Assembly: GCA_030704615.1 (NCBI GenBank)
Contig: CM060732.1
Location: 75,144,001-75,208,000 of the forward strand
Direction of reading: 5' to 3'
DNA: 64,000 nucleotides
Origin: Takakia lepidozioides
Taxonomy: Eukaryota > Plantae > Bryophyta
Shown here: in pieces, positions 48,885 through 62,400 of the stretch
How positions within the stretch are numbered: position 1 is the first letter of the stretch
Layout of the letters: every line of letters begins with the position of its first letter
Program-made: the position numbers and the translations under genes
Notes under the pieces: model-generated
Seen by the model: only the letters and a program-made list of their open reading frames with translations
Databases searched by the model: none
Told to the model about the DNA's origin: nothing

Positions 48885-51059
48885 TTCATTGGATGTAATG
48901 TATGCATATTCACTGGCAAATTGGTCAAGTCCGTGCTGTTGTGGAACCAGAAGAGGATCGGAGGCTTTGAGCACAGTTTCCCATCATAACACATCTTTGT
49001 GAGATTTCAACTCTCTTTCTATCTGTTTTCGGTAGTTTCTATGCTCGGCAGTGTGTTTTGGCAGGTAATCAGAGGACTGTGTTCTGTGTATTGTGTTTGC
49101 TTTAGTTTTTGACTTCTTGGACAACATATACTTCATATTTCGATCTTAGTGGCCAAAATGAGAAAGCAAAAGCTTTTGACTAATTTGGACCTTGGGGACT
49201 CTTCCTGGGTGGGCCATGTTGTTGGAAAATGTCATTTGGTATCTCCTGTCCACAAATTGACCACACTACTACTACATCCAACTGCATCTAAGTTCCTCGT
49301 TTGGAGGACGATTTGACTTTCATGGATCCATCCCACATAATTTGGACACCAGGAGTTGGAATCCGGAATCTATTTCAGGAAGTTGGTCAAAGTTAAGTTT
49401 GGGTGAGAGAGAGAGAGGGAGTGAGCTTGTGGAGCCAAGGAAGGGAGGGGGGGGGCCACTAATGTATGTTATGTTAAGCGTGCCATGGTGTGTTTGAGGA
49501 ATTCATCTTCCTTCTTCTGGTTGTTTGCTTTAGAAAATTTCCAGTTAGGGATTTTTAATGATTGCTGTTGAGTGATAGCAGCTTGTGAAGCAGTGGCGGT
49601 GTAGCAGAAGTCCTTGATCCTAAGGGCCCACTTTAGTCTAAGGAGATCAAGGGCCCACCTTAGTCTGAGAACCAAGACAGCTTCAAATTGGTCCAAATCT
49701 TGGTCCCTAGATTCATATTAAAAAATTAATATGGATCAAAGTGGGTGTGTGTAAAGGCCTAGGGACCAAGACCAAGAAAACGAAGAAATGCGATGTATCA
49801 GCTTCCATCGCTTTCATCTTTTCCTCTTCATCTTTTCCACTCCACATTTGAGATTGATTCTAATTTCCCACTCGACATTCGAGATTTATTCTAACTGACA
49901 GTCACCATCATTTGAGAGAAAATTATATTAAGGTTTGTATACTTGGTCCAGGGACCAAGAATTGGTTCTCCAAACCAGCATTGGTTCCTTTGTTAGTCCC
50001 TAGGCCAACAATATCCAGCATTAGTGAAGGCCACTTGGAGGCCATGTCATTCCTAACTTTCTTGGTCTTGGACCGTTGTGTAGACCAGGAAAATTCCCTC
50101 GACCAGTTACAGAAGAATGTGCATAAGAGGGGACTCTCAGTTTATTTCATGTAGGTAACAAGGTTTGAAGTAGGTAGTCTGGACCTACTCCTCGAACTTG
50201 GGACATTAGTAGAGCCTCCTGTCTGTGTCCGCAGTTTATGCAAGGTTCATACTCTTTGAGAAGGTTCAAACTCTTTGAGATCTGGTCGGTAACATGATGT
50301 GAGTGGCATACCTGTGCGGTTGGTCAGATATCGTTGCACTAATGTGCTAAAATTTGATGTAATGCAGAGTAAGGATTCAAGGCTAAGCTTTGATTAAGGT
50401 GGAACAGAGGAGGAACATTTCAATGCAGAAGTGCACCAAACTGAGGATGAGTGTGGACTGTGGTTCAATCCACCTCGCAGTAGTTTGATGGTGTGTTGTC
50501 CACAATGTTGTGTTGCAACTAGGCCTTTTGTGTATATATCTCTGGGGTATGATGCTTGTAGATGATGCGAGCAATAACACGAATAGAAACTGTGGAAATT
50601 GAAACTGTTATGCTGGATGTTTGGACAAATCTCATGGATCTAATCCTGATCAATTGGATATTCATATTCTCATTGAGACTCTCCAAAGACCATTCAATTA
50701 TTCATAATTTGTTTGTCCTTGTACATGCTTGCAGAGGTTCGATAATTTTGGATATATCTGTGATAAAACTGTGTAGCTGACTATGTCATGAAAGTATTCT
50801 ACTCTCTACACGTCCTGCGAACAACAGAAGTCATGTCTTGTTTATCGTCAGAGATAACTGTCACTGAGCTTAGCATGCAAACAGATAGGGAATGTTTGTC
50901 TTACCAAACAAATATGTAGCTATACACTTGAAACACAGTGGGCGAGGGTGAACCCAAGAAACAAAGACAGCGGGGCAGCCAAAGGGGTGCTCACAAGAGT
51001 GGAAGCGAATCACAAGTTGTAATAAAGATAACTAAGCCCAGCACAGAGTGCTACAAACT

Positions 51060-51760
51060 TCAAAGAGTGAAACTAGCAAGTGCAAGTGTTATGAAGACGA
51101 CTGGGGGAAGGCAGCCACGATGATGGCTGTGGCCCCGAGACTGGCGATCGAAGCTCAAACTGGTAACAAGCTTTCCTGCCAACGTGCCTCCAGTTCATAT
51201 CCCTGTCAAACTCCGGTGACACAGGGCAGCTTAGTGTTGAGGCCCTGCCAAGAGAGGGGCCGACGATCGGACCAGATACAGGAGGATGGCGCAATGCTTG
51301 AGCATAAGATTTCCTCCCTCCCCAAGGCTCCCCCAAGGAAGCCTGGAAGCGTCTGTGGAGCTGATATTCATTCTCCGAAGATTTTCTAATGCAGCCAATT
51401 TTACCGAGGCCTTCCTCCCCTCAGTTTGGACGTCATAGAATATAAGGGTGAGAAGCAATGAGATAGTGGAATATGAGTTAGAAAGATACCACTGGCAATT
51501 TCCAGATATTCCAGAGCGTAGCACAACTGAGGGTGTCAAAAGACTTGACACTGACTGTAGTTGTCTTTTGCTGAGGTGCAATAGTTCAGGAGTTTGTGAA
51601 CTGGTTCTAGGGGACTCGGGTTACAATTGCGGGCAATTGCTGTAACTGGGGGCCAAATGTGGCAAGGGATCGAGCAATGTAAAAGGCAGTGTTACAGGGA
51701 TTCAGAGATTCCGAGGAGGCAGCATTTGCATATACGAGCTTCATGAAATTGAAGCCATGC
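51060..51760 (-). mobile_element. Degenerate LINE ORF2 C-terminal fragment
   Basis: YDVQTEGRKASV..., RLPWG and DMNWRHV are homologous to the 23.7 and 28.8 kb LINE ends. Confidence 0.6.
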
Positions 51761-51778
51761 CCCCACCTTAAGCACCCT

Positions 51779-52110
51779 GATGAAACTAGGGACAGAAAAA
51801 TCCAGAAAGGGAGAGAGAGCTGCATAATGAAGAGAATCTCACTATGCTATAGCAGCAAGCAACAGAATTGAGCTGTGAAGGGCTAGAAGAAACTGGGGAC
51901 AGAAAAATCCAGAAAGGGAGAGAGAGCTGCATAATGAAGAGAATCTCACTATGATATATATGGCAGCAAGCAACAGAACTAGCTGTGAAGAGCTAGATGA
52001 AACTGAGGCCAGAAAAGCCAAGAGGCCCGACTAGCTAAGAGGTAAGGAGTCTGAAAGGCAAGAGGGCAGCATAACGAAAAGACTGTTACTATGCTATGGC
52101 ATCAGAATCA
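51779..52110. repeat. ~110-bp tandem repeat, ~3 copies
   Basis: GAAACT.GGGACAGAAAAATCCAGAAAGGGAGAGAGAGCTGCATAATGAAGAGAATCTCACTATG twice plus a degenerate third copy. Confidence 0.85.
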
Positions 52111-52139
52111 CAATTTGAGTTGTGTTTAGAGTTAAAAGT

Positions 52140-53930
52140 CCCGAGCACGATCAGGTGCTCGTTTTTCTACTCTGGTCGTTTTTACAATGTGCTCGAACAC
52201 TTCTAAGGTGCGCGCGTTTCTACACGGAGCTTGTTTCCACATGGTGCTCGTCTCTTAGCCGGTGGCCTTGTTTATACCGGTGCTCGTTTCTAAGCTGGTG
52301 CGCTCGTTTCTACCATCGCTCATTTCTAATTCTAAGGTGCGCTCGTGTCCAGCGGTGGTGCTCGATTCTAAGCTAGTGCTCTCGTGTCCACGCGGTGCTC
52401 GATTCTAAGCTGGTGCTCTCGTTCTCTACGGTGCTCTAGTTTCTAAGGTGCGTTTCTACGTTTCTAAGCTAGTGCGCTCGTTTCCACCCGGCGCTCGTTT
52501 CTATGCTCGTGCGCTCGTGTCCACACGGTGCTCGTTTCTAAGCTGGTGCGCTCGTTCTCTCCAGTGCTTGTTTCTATGGTGCGCTCGTTTCTATAGGTGC
52601 GTGTTTCTAAGCTAGTGCGCTCGTTTCCACATGGTGCTCGTGTTTCTATGATAGTGCGCTCGTTTTCACACGGTGCTCGTTTCTAAGCTAGTGCACTCGT
52701 TCTCAACGGTGCTCATTTCTAAGGTGCGCTCGTTTTTACAGGTGCTCGTTTCTAAGCTAGAGCACTCGTTCTCAACGGTGCTCATTTCTAAGGTGCGCTC
52801 GTTTTTACAGGTGCTCGTTTCTAAGCTAGTGCGTTCGTTTCCATAGGGCGCTCGTTTCTAAGCTAGTACGCTCGATTCCACCCGGCGCTTGTTTCTATGC
52901 TAGTGCGCTCTTATCCACACGGTGCTTTTGTAAGCTGGTGCGCTCGTTCTCTATGGTGCTCGTTTCTATCGGTGTGGCGTTTCTAAGCTAGTGCGCTCGT
53001 TTCCACATGACACTCGTTTCCAAAATGCGCTCGTGTTTCTATGATAGTGCGCTCGTTTCCACACGGTGCTTGGTTCTAAGGTAGTGCACTCGTTCTCAAC
53101 GGTGCTCGTTTCTAGAGTGCGCTCGTTTCTACCGGTGCTCTCGTTTCTAAGCTAGTGCGCTCGTTTCCACAAGGCGCTCGTTTATAAGCTAGTACGCTCA
53201 TTTCCACCCGGCGCTCGTTTCTATGCTAGTGCGCTCGTGTCCACACGGTGCTCGTTTCTAAGCTGGTGCGCTCGTTCTCTATGGTGCTCGTTTCTATGGT
53301 GCGCGTTTCTAAGCTAGTGCGCTCGTTTCCAAAGTGCGCTCGTGTTTCTATGATAGTGCGCTCGTTTCCACACGGTGCTCGCTCGTTTCTAAGCTGGTGC
53401 ACTCGTTCTCAACGGTGCTCGTTTCTAAGGTGCGCTCGTTTCTACCGGTGCTCGTTTCTAAGCTAATGCGCTCGTTTCAATGCTAGTGCGCCCGTGTCCA
53501 CACGGTGATCGTTTCTAAGCTGGTGCGCTCATTCTCTACGGTGCTCGTTTCTATGGTGCGCTCGTTTCTACCGGTGCGCGTTTCTAAGCTAGTGCGCTCG
53601 TTTCTATGCTAGCGCGCTTGTGTCCACACGGTGCTCGTTTCTAAGCTGGTGCGCTCGTGTCTCTACCGTGCTCGTTTCTAAGCTGGTGCGTTCTCTACGG
53701 TGCTCGTTTTTAAGGTACGCTCGTTTCTACCGGTGCTCGTTTCTAAGCTAGTGCGTTCGTTTCCACACGGTGCTCATTTCCAAGGTGCGCTCGTTTCAAT
53801 GCTAGTGCGCTCGTGTCCACACGGTGCTCGTTTCTAAGCTGGTATGCTCGTTCTCTACGGTGCTCGTTTCTAAGCTAGCGCGCTCATTTCCACAAGGCGC
53901 TCATTTCTATGCTAGCGCGTTTGCGATCGC
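52140..53930 (+). repeat. Minisatellite array of ~17-22 bp units with core GTGC(GC)TCGTTTC
   Basis: Dozens of GGTGCTCGTTTCTAAGCTAGTGCGCTCGTTTCCACAC-type units over 1.8 kb. Confidence 0.95.
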
Positions 53931-54014
53931 TTCTACACAATGTTCCTCTCTAGGGTCTACACGGTGTATGTCCATATATACATTATATGCAGAAATAAGT
54001 TAAAAATTATAGAT

Positions 54015-55070
54015 TACAATTCAATTCAATTGTGAGTTGACAAATTATAAATGTCAACAATTCAAATTAAGGTTGCAAATTAAGGTTGTTTTTGAACTAG
54101 TTTTAGCAGTTCAATTGAATTACAAATTTACAATTCAATTGAATTGTTGTCAACAATTCAAATTAAGTTTGTTTTCGAACTAGTTTTAGCAATTCAATTG
54201 AATTACAAATTTACAATTCAATTGAATTATAGTCAACAATTCAAATTAAGGTTGCAAATTAAGGTTGTTTTCGAACTAGTTTTAGCAGTTCAATTGAATT
54301 GCGTACTTTTAGGGGTGGTGATCAAATGAATTGCGATGCATAGAAGTTTGCATGAGAGAAAAATTAATTATTATGTTTAACTTCCTAATCGAACCGTCGC
54401 TCTTGACATGTTGGCATGACACGACGACGACTTCGTCAACCACAACGACAAAACTGGTAGAAGCACCGAGTAGACATTGGAGACACTGGCTTAACATCAA
54501 AGCATTGGATTGTCAGAGCATGAAGGATATGGAGACACCGGGTTGACATGGTGGCATGGGATACTCATGTGAGACATGGAGCAGGCACCACGTTAACATG
54601 GATGCATCATATAGGAGGTATCGCGTGACATGGAGGCACCCGATTAACATGGAACACATGGAGGAGGCACCAGGTTAACATGGATGCATTGGATGGACAT
54701 AGAGGAGGCACTGCCAGTTTGCAGTTTCCTTTCCGTTGTGTACTCCGCGGCTCCACGGCCACAAAGGCGTTCTGAGTAATAAGCTAACATGTCAGGCTCC
54801 ATTGCTCGTACGCTAAAGAGCACTAAACGGAAAGTTGTGACCGGCCACAGTATGGTGACCGAACTTTTGATCAGACCCACTTTAAGATAATGTCGGTGCT
54901 TGAGTCAGTCACATAGTTGGCAACTTGAGATGTTCAGTGCCTGGCTTGAGCCGCTCACGTTGGCAACTTGAGCCGCTCAGTGCCTAACTTCAACCCCTCA
55001 GTGCCGTACTAAATGCCTGGCTTTGAGCCGCTCAAGTTGCAACTCAAGCCCTCAGTGCCCGACTTGAGTG
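54015..55070. repeat. Three successive small repeat blocks
   Basis: AT-rich ~90-bp x3 (54015-54300), ACATGG-based units (54480-54710) and CTTGAGCCGCTCA/CTCAGTGCC units (54895-55070). Confidence 0.8.
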
Positions 55071-55084
55071 GAAATGGAGACAAT

Positions 55085-55900
55085 GTAGAAACGAGCACGT
55101 ATAGAAACAAGTACCATAGAAAACAAGCAATGTCTAGAAAAGAGCACCGTGTAGAAACGAGCACAGTATGGAAACGAGCACCATGTAAAAACAAGCACTG
55201 TAGAGAAACAAGCACCGTGTAGAAACGAGGCACAGTATGTAAACGAGGACCATGTAGAAACGAGCACACTGTAATAACAAACACGATGTAGAAACTAGCA
55301 CCCTATAGAAATGAGCACACCGTAGAGACAAGCGTGGTGTAGAAACGAGCATCATGTAGCAACTAGTGTTGGAGTGGTATCAAGTTTTTTACATACCAGA
55401 CTGGTCCTGGTACCAGGCGTATCACAAAACTTTCAGACCAGTCTGGTCTATATAATGGTGGATGTATTTTTTTTCCAGATACTAGTTTGAATATGATTAA
55501 CATTGCTGGTATGAGATATCAACTCTGGTGTCATTCCAAAGCCATCTTGAGTTACAAATTTATCAAATGGCAACTATCAAGTGAAAATAAATAAAATATA
55601 CATAAAGAAGTAAATACTTTTGCTGTAAATTTGCTGAGTGCTGGATTTCAGCCGTTCAAGTTGAGTGGAAACGGACGCCATGTAGAAATGAGCACCCTAT
55701 AGAGACAAGCCTTGTAAAACGAGCAGTGCGGAGTAGAGCACCGTGTAGAAATGAGCACAATATAGAAACAAAGATTGTGTAGAAACCATCGCTGTAGAGA
55801 AATGAGCGTCGTTGAAACAAGCACCGCATAGAAACGAGCATTGTTGTAATGTAGAAACTAGCACAGTGTAGAGACGAACGAGAAACGAGCACCGTGGAGA
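55085..55900 (-). repeat. Inverted copy of the GTGCTCGTTTCTAC minisatellite, interrupted by a hAT-like insert
   Basis: GTAGAAACGAGCAC units at 55085-55363 and 55665-55900. Confidence 0.9.
55364..55612. mobile_element. Second copy of the hAT-like element, with an internal inversion
   Basis: 55364-55537 matches 27705-27888; ~55538-55608 is the reverse complement of ~27888-27958. Confidence 0.65.
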
Positions 55901-56771
55901 AATCCCAGGTTACATAGCATGTAGGAAAGAGACAGCACAAGTTGAAGGAACGCAATCAGAAATCACGGATTTCAGCAGGGATAAATCCAAAAGGAAGAAG
56001 ACAGCAAGGCCATGCTCCCACGGCTGATGTCCTTTGGATGAAATAACCTTCATCCACAGGAAGGTAATGGATGAACAGGGACGAATGAAATCTCATAGGA
56101 GCATAGGACCTGATATTCCTACGACCTCCCATGAGGGAATCAACATGAGCCCTCTCAAACACTTGATATTCTTATGACGTCCTCTATGGCAAATCTAGTC
56201 CGGATCTCCGGACACACATATGATCGAACTCATCGTGGATGAGCCATGGAATACAGACACTATCATTATGACACCCGAGCAATTAGATGTCTCCGAGCAA
56301 TTAGATGTCTCAGGAGAGTAAAGAGTCAAAAGCGGGCTAAATATATGCAGTTACTGCAAGAAAGATGGCGGGCTCCACAAGAAACGGGCTTGTATATGAA
56401 TCAATTAAGGAAGATGAAGAGAGGGCACCATGTAGAAACGTTTCTACAATTTTTAGGTCCTGGCTCCCTGCTATATCCGGTAGCAGGGGCTCCTCTCGAA
56501 TGCTACCTAGTCCTTGGTCACTGATGTAATTAGAAAGGTCCTCTCTATGTTGTGAAGTCAGTGAACCTAGAATACACATCATTTTGCTCCAAGTTAATGC
56601 ACCATTATGCTTTCTGATGATAAAAGTTGTCTTTCTTGATCTTTCAAACTCCACCCTAGGTCTGTCATGATCAATATGAAAAGATCTAAAAGCATTTTTA
56701 ATGTCCAGTTGAAGATCAGATGAATACATGCTATTTACTGTCGTAAATAATGCTGAATAATGCTCTGAAGT

Positions 56772-59430
56772 TCATCTACTTAGTTCTAAATTATTAAATC
56801 GAGTACACAAGGGGCACATTGCTTTTTTAAATGCAGCATCAAATGTAGATCCAGAGAGGCGGGAGGCCCGCAGTCTTGCTGCTTTGGCAATATGTATCCG
56901 CTCATCATCCACCATTGACAGTATACAGCACATAGCATCTGCAAACTCGGCAACAGTACTAGCCAGAAAACCTGTGCTTTCTCCTCCTTCCTTGACCACT
57001 ATGTCCAGCTTGGGCCCTGCTGAATTATGAGCTGCAACCACAAGAAAGTGATACAAGATCTCAATTAACCAGGAAGAATCCACTGTAGTCAAATTTTTGT
57101 TCTACTTGTAATTGATCACATTGAAACTGATATTATTTTAATTGCATCCATGGACTGGATGTGCGATTTTTACATGGAGAGGAGAGAGGAGAGTACTAAC
57201 CAATAGAGACAGCCCCAGCAGCCATGTATTCCACCACACTGATGCCGAAGTGTTTGTCTGTCATAGTGTGAAGGCCAGCAACTGCACCCCCCAGCAATTC
57301 CACGAGCTCCCTGTTTGACATGCCGGTCGCAAGTTAAGGTCATGATGAGAATTTGCATGGCAATAAGCACAACTTTGAAAAACATGATTGAAAGTTTGTT
57401 TGGTGACAAAAAGTAGGGTAGTGCACAAACCTATAGGGCACACTCAGGCAGAAGTCAACGTGCTGATGTAAGCCTAATTCCTGGCACTGGAGTTTAAGAT
57501 TTGCCACTCGCTCCTCATCTTCCTGATTTCTACAGCTGCCGACCAGCTTCAAGCGTGCCCCTTTGTGCTGCTCGGACAACTGCTCCATTTGCCAGAGCAA
57601 ATGCTTCTAGCTGCAACCCATGTGTCTGCAATCATTGCTTGTCAATTATAACCTCTGTACACCGTCCCCTGCCACATGTGCAATATGCCTTCACACTAGA
57701 TGTGCAACCAGCACAATACTAACAGTTGTGAATGCTGTCTTCAAAACAGATAAGAAAGATGTGATGGATTACCCGAAGACTGCAATATAAAATGTGTGTG
57801 CTAGTTACTGCTCACAGCAAAATGTCTTGTACTGTAGAGCTACAGGCCACAAAGCAAAATGGGAAAATGTGGAGAGAGATGGGACAGGCAGATACAACAA
57901 AGCTGAGGGGGAGAAAAGAATAGATTGTACTCATAAGACGTTGTTTTCCGTAGCCTTGTGGCCATTGGAGAAAAGAATAGAAACGAAGGACAGGGTAAGT
58001 ACCTTCTCAGGCCGAAATTGAGCAACAGAGATGATGTAGGGGGGTTTTACTGACCGCTCCAGGGGAAGCGCCTGCTTGCCAGAGGTTATGAAACAGTCAA
58101 CATCTCTGCAAGCCAATGCCCACAACCAAAATCACCTATACTCTGTCCTTCCTCTGAACTGCATACAGTATATAGGTCAGGTCTGTAATAAGCCAGAAAC
58201 CCTTGCTACCTACCACATTAGTCTGCATCTTCAAATCCGTAGCAAGTTACCTCGTCAAGTTGTCACAGCTGAAGACCAAATGTAAGGTGCAACAGCAAGC
58301 AAATTAAGCTGACCTGGCTAGTTGGAAAAATGGAAATGGGTGAAACTGATCACATATTTCTTGACTTCCCTCTGAGCTCCCAAACAAAAAAAAATGGGGA
58401 AACAGGGGGATGGAGGGGGACCTGAAGGGTGAGAGTGTCACAAGGCGGGTAGACAAGAAAAATGTGATTTGGAATCTTCCAGAGCTGACTGATGTGTGTC
58501 TTTGTCCATGATGAATTAACCATGGCCAAATGCACAAAGCAGCCTGCCAAACCATAGAGCCAGGCCATCATTCTGTAGTATGCTGCCTTCCCTGCTGTCA
58601 ACCAATAGCTGCACCTCCAATGACCAGTACTGAGATGCAGTTTTGATACACTTTCAAATCAAATCAGCAACTCATGTCCATTGTGCAATGGACTGTCATT
58701 CCCCTGCATATTGCATTCCTCCCTGACAGCCACTACAAAAGGACATACCTGGAGGCCTCAAAGTATGATAAAGTGAGGGGACTTTGTTCATTTGCAGCCT
58801 TAATCACGAGATTGCTCATCACAAGTAGGAATATACACCTGCCTGTGAGCAATGAAGGCGTCATTGTTGTAGAGAGAGGCCCGACTCCACACACGGTCTA
58901 GCATATCTGAGCTGATGGTGGGGTAGTGTGTGTAGCAAGCCACAAGGCAGCCTGCAGAGCGTGCCAGCATATATGTGAAGGCGTAGCCACTGGTGTCCAC
59001 AAATAGCAACGGGGTCACAATACTGAGTGCCTCCCATGCCAGTACCATCGACCCCAAGCTCTGCCCTATCAATGTGGCGTGCGGGTAAGTGCTTGCCTCT
59101 ACCAACTTTCTCCATTGTAATCTCACCACCTGCCACCCCAAACACATTGGATAGATATCATGGGGTTCGGTGTTTTGTCACACAATGCATCCATTCTCTG
59201 TTGTCATAATAAAATCTCTGTTGGCTGTTATCCTTGCAGACTTGCCCATCCTGTTCAGTGCTCTATTCTTAAAAGTGTATCGGTGGTCACAGCATAGGCA
59301 GAGAGAAAGTGGAGGGAGGTGGAGGGTGGATAACAACCATTGGGGGTTTTATGAGCCGAACTCCAAATAGGTCCAAAAGCACGGGCAGCCAACTCCTGAG
59401 ATGTGGTAGGGTCACCCGTGTAGATCCGAT
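56772..59430 (-). pseudogene. ALG11: ALG11 alpha-1,2-mannosyltransferase, 5'-truncated and damaged
   Basis: [56 protein letters not shown] and AHNSAGP are present. The N-terminal FFHPY/GGGERVLW region was not found; frameshift at ~59375-59378; DEHFG is changed to DKHFG. Confidence 0.8.
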
Positions 59431-62400
59431 CCAATTCATGTGTGAGCTCATGTCATGTTTGGCCCAGTTTGAAGGATGGTAGGTACACAAGGGACCTCCC
59501 GTCGCCACGTGCTCATTGTTGGTTGGTCCTGCTCAACCAAAGCACTTAAGACCACCAAAAGTGGAGGGTGTGAAACAAGACGAGAGGGTGGTATGTGGAG
59601 TTCTCTTTGGAGACATCGAGGGTGATGTGTATTTTTACTACCTAGTAGCTTACCGAGGTTTGAACACCGGCATGTTTGAAATGTTGGGTGTGTAATTTTG
59701 TAACCTTCGGATGCTGACTAGTACTGGCATATCGCGGCTGTCCATAATGGCGCCATTCGCTGTTGTAGCGCGCCAGTAAGCAAGCGGGTATAGCCCAGGG
59801 ATTTTTTTGCTTTAAAAGGGATTCACGTTGCTCGGAGGCACTTGTGTTGAGAGAGGAGGTAGACAGCTTGGGATCTGATGTGTGTGTGATAGAGATTAGC
59901 TCGGGCGAGAGCTCGCTGCTTGAGCGGGCCGATCGGATACACGAGGGAGAGGGGCTGCTTGGTTGCTCTAGGCTGAAGCGAAGGAGCTGGTCAGAGTGAT
60001 GTGGAGAAAGCTGGAATCCCCGATGGTTTTTGTCATGGTTTCCATCATGATTTCTCATGCGCTGGGAGGAGCAAAACGCTTACATCAAAAACATGTGGTT
60101 TAGCCTCTTGCCTATGGTTGCACGGAGTACATGGTATGCTTCACCACCTGATTAGATACCTGATTAAGTCCATGTGAGTCGTCTTGTTGTACCGCAGATG
60201 TTGATAACTTATGCATCCGAAATTCACTAATCTTTGAAGTACAAGTTGCTACAGGCTTATCTAGAGATGGATATGCATAATATGTACGTATAGCACTCGG
60301 CAAATTGATCATTGACAAAGAACTGATGGATAAGAGATCCGTGTGCAAGCTGCAGGTGCAATTACATGACGGCTATGTGTCGCTGATGCATCCGTTGGAT
60401 CACTTAGCCATGCGAAACAAGAGTGCATCGCAGCCTGGCAGCACGATACTGCTAATGACCCGCCAAGCCTTGGTGGAGCTCTCGTGATCAAGCGTGACCA
60501 ACATCAAGTTGCTTCATCTGGTAACATCAGCACGAACAAATAGCGGACTGGCAATCTACGGGTAAGCTCGCATGACATATTACCAGTAGGGCCAGAGAAG
60601 TCTTCAAGAACCGTGACAATGAATTCTACGGATATGAGGGCAATAAATTTAGAATTCAAGATGTATCTTTAGAGCAGTTTTCTGTACCGACTATGACATC
60701 GGATGTTGTGGTGAATTGTAACAGCCTATTGCTCACGATGGTTCAATTCAATCGAGGCTATTTCTCACCCAGGCAAAGAAGTTAGCCTTGGAGTTTCGTC
60801 ACACACATGCGGACCAGCTTGCGAGGAACGAGGGCAATTTTGATGGACCAGCTTGCGAGGAGTTGAGGACAATTTTGATTAGCCTCTAGTGACTCTTCAG
60901 AGATCACAACTCTACAAAAATATTTTGTAAAATTTTGTAAGGGTAGTTTCTATCTAGCTCGACAGCGGTAGTAAATAGGACTTAGCTTGAGCTTACGTAG
61001 GAGAAGCAAGGTAGCACGGGAGACCACTCGTCGCTAGAGCTCGACGGATTGATGTACTCATGGTGTGTTCCCATGGAACCTGGGGCGTCATGGCCTGTGT
61101 TCCCCTGGAACCGGGGCGTCCCCTGACCGACAGTCCGGCTGTGTCCAACAGCCTTATTCGGACGACATGGCGCGGGGCGTCAAAGCCTGCCCGTTCCTAT
61201 CGTGTGGCTTCTTGGAGATGCGGGTCTCCGGGCCGTTGTCACCCCACCCTTGCTACAGAGACGGGGAGGAGCACCAAAGGCTTGGAACCGGCGTTTGCGA
61301 CCACACCATTATGACTGCCAGTAACAGCAGTCTGCGCTGAGCGGCTTCCGCGATGATGCACAAGTGGGCTTTGCCTCTGCAATGTTCGCTTGAGGACACG
61401 GTGTGCTACCATGGAGCCTTCACAGCTCTTTGTTGGAATGTAACACTTTCTTTGTGACAACCACACAAGCACAAAGCAATTCTACAACAGAGGAACACAG
61501 CATATTCTGAAATTTCCATACATGTGGGGATGTCTCTGGATTTCAAAGCATTTGCACATGTACAGAGACCAAAGTTCAGATCGTAGCAAAGATGTATGTT
61601 TTACAGATTGGGTTCAAAACTGTTCAACTGTTCACAGCGTTTGCAGTTGCTTCTCTGGACCATTTACAACCTCTTAGTTGTTGTAGATAATCCTCGTTTT
61701 TTGAGTTCGTGAGCAGATATCTCCACAATTCAATGCTTTTACACTTTGGAGCCAACTCCTTGGGCAAACCATCAGCCTTTTCCTCAGTTTTGTCCACAGA
61801 TCAAGGATTTCTAGCCTCACTTGAACTGACCTGCAAAAGGTCCTACCAATGGGAGTAGGTGACTTCTTTCTGAAGCCTGGCGCAAAGAGATGATATGAAA
61901 CAGCTATATCTTCTTCACACTTCAGAGTTTTCTGGTTAAATTGAACTTGTCTCCGTGAAACGGCCACGTTGTCCTCCAACTCCTTCGAAGCAAAGTTTGT
62001 CTTCTAGTTTCTCCCCCGTATTTATTTACAAGAAGGGAGTAGTATAAGAAGCATTGCTTATGTGTAACCACAAATTTGACAGACAGCAGAGGATCTGGCA
62101 TGCCCACCATACGCAAAGTGTAGGTTGTGATATCATCAGGAGTGAGATTGGTGAGGAACTCCGAAGTTCCATAGAGTTTGCAGAATAAGCACAAACCAAA
62201 ACTTCAGGTTAGGCACACTACTTTGCTGAGAAGAAGCTTAGGTGAGTTATTAGATTCCTTCAATCTCCCTGCTGCTTTATTTTGCCCATCTTTGCTATCC
62301 TCAGGCCATCCCTCAATGCATGGATTCTTGACCACGACCGTAAGAGACATCCCACCGGATGCTCCTTTTCAAAACTGCAATTTTTCCACTTGGTGGGTGG

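Noticed and set aside
52140-53930. CRISPR-like array
   Set aside because: Units are degenerate and abut without unique spacers; no cas genes; plant nuclear context.
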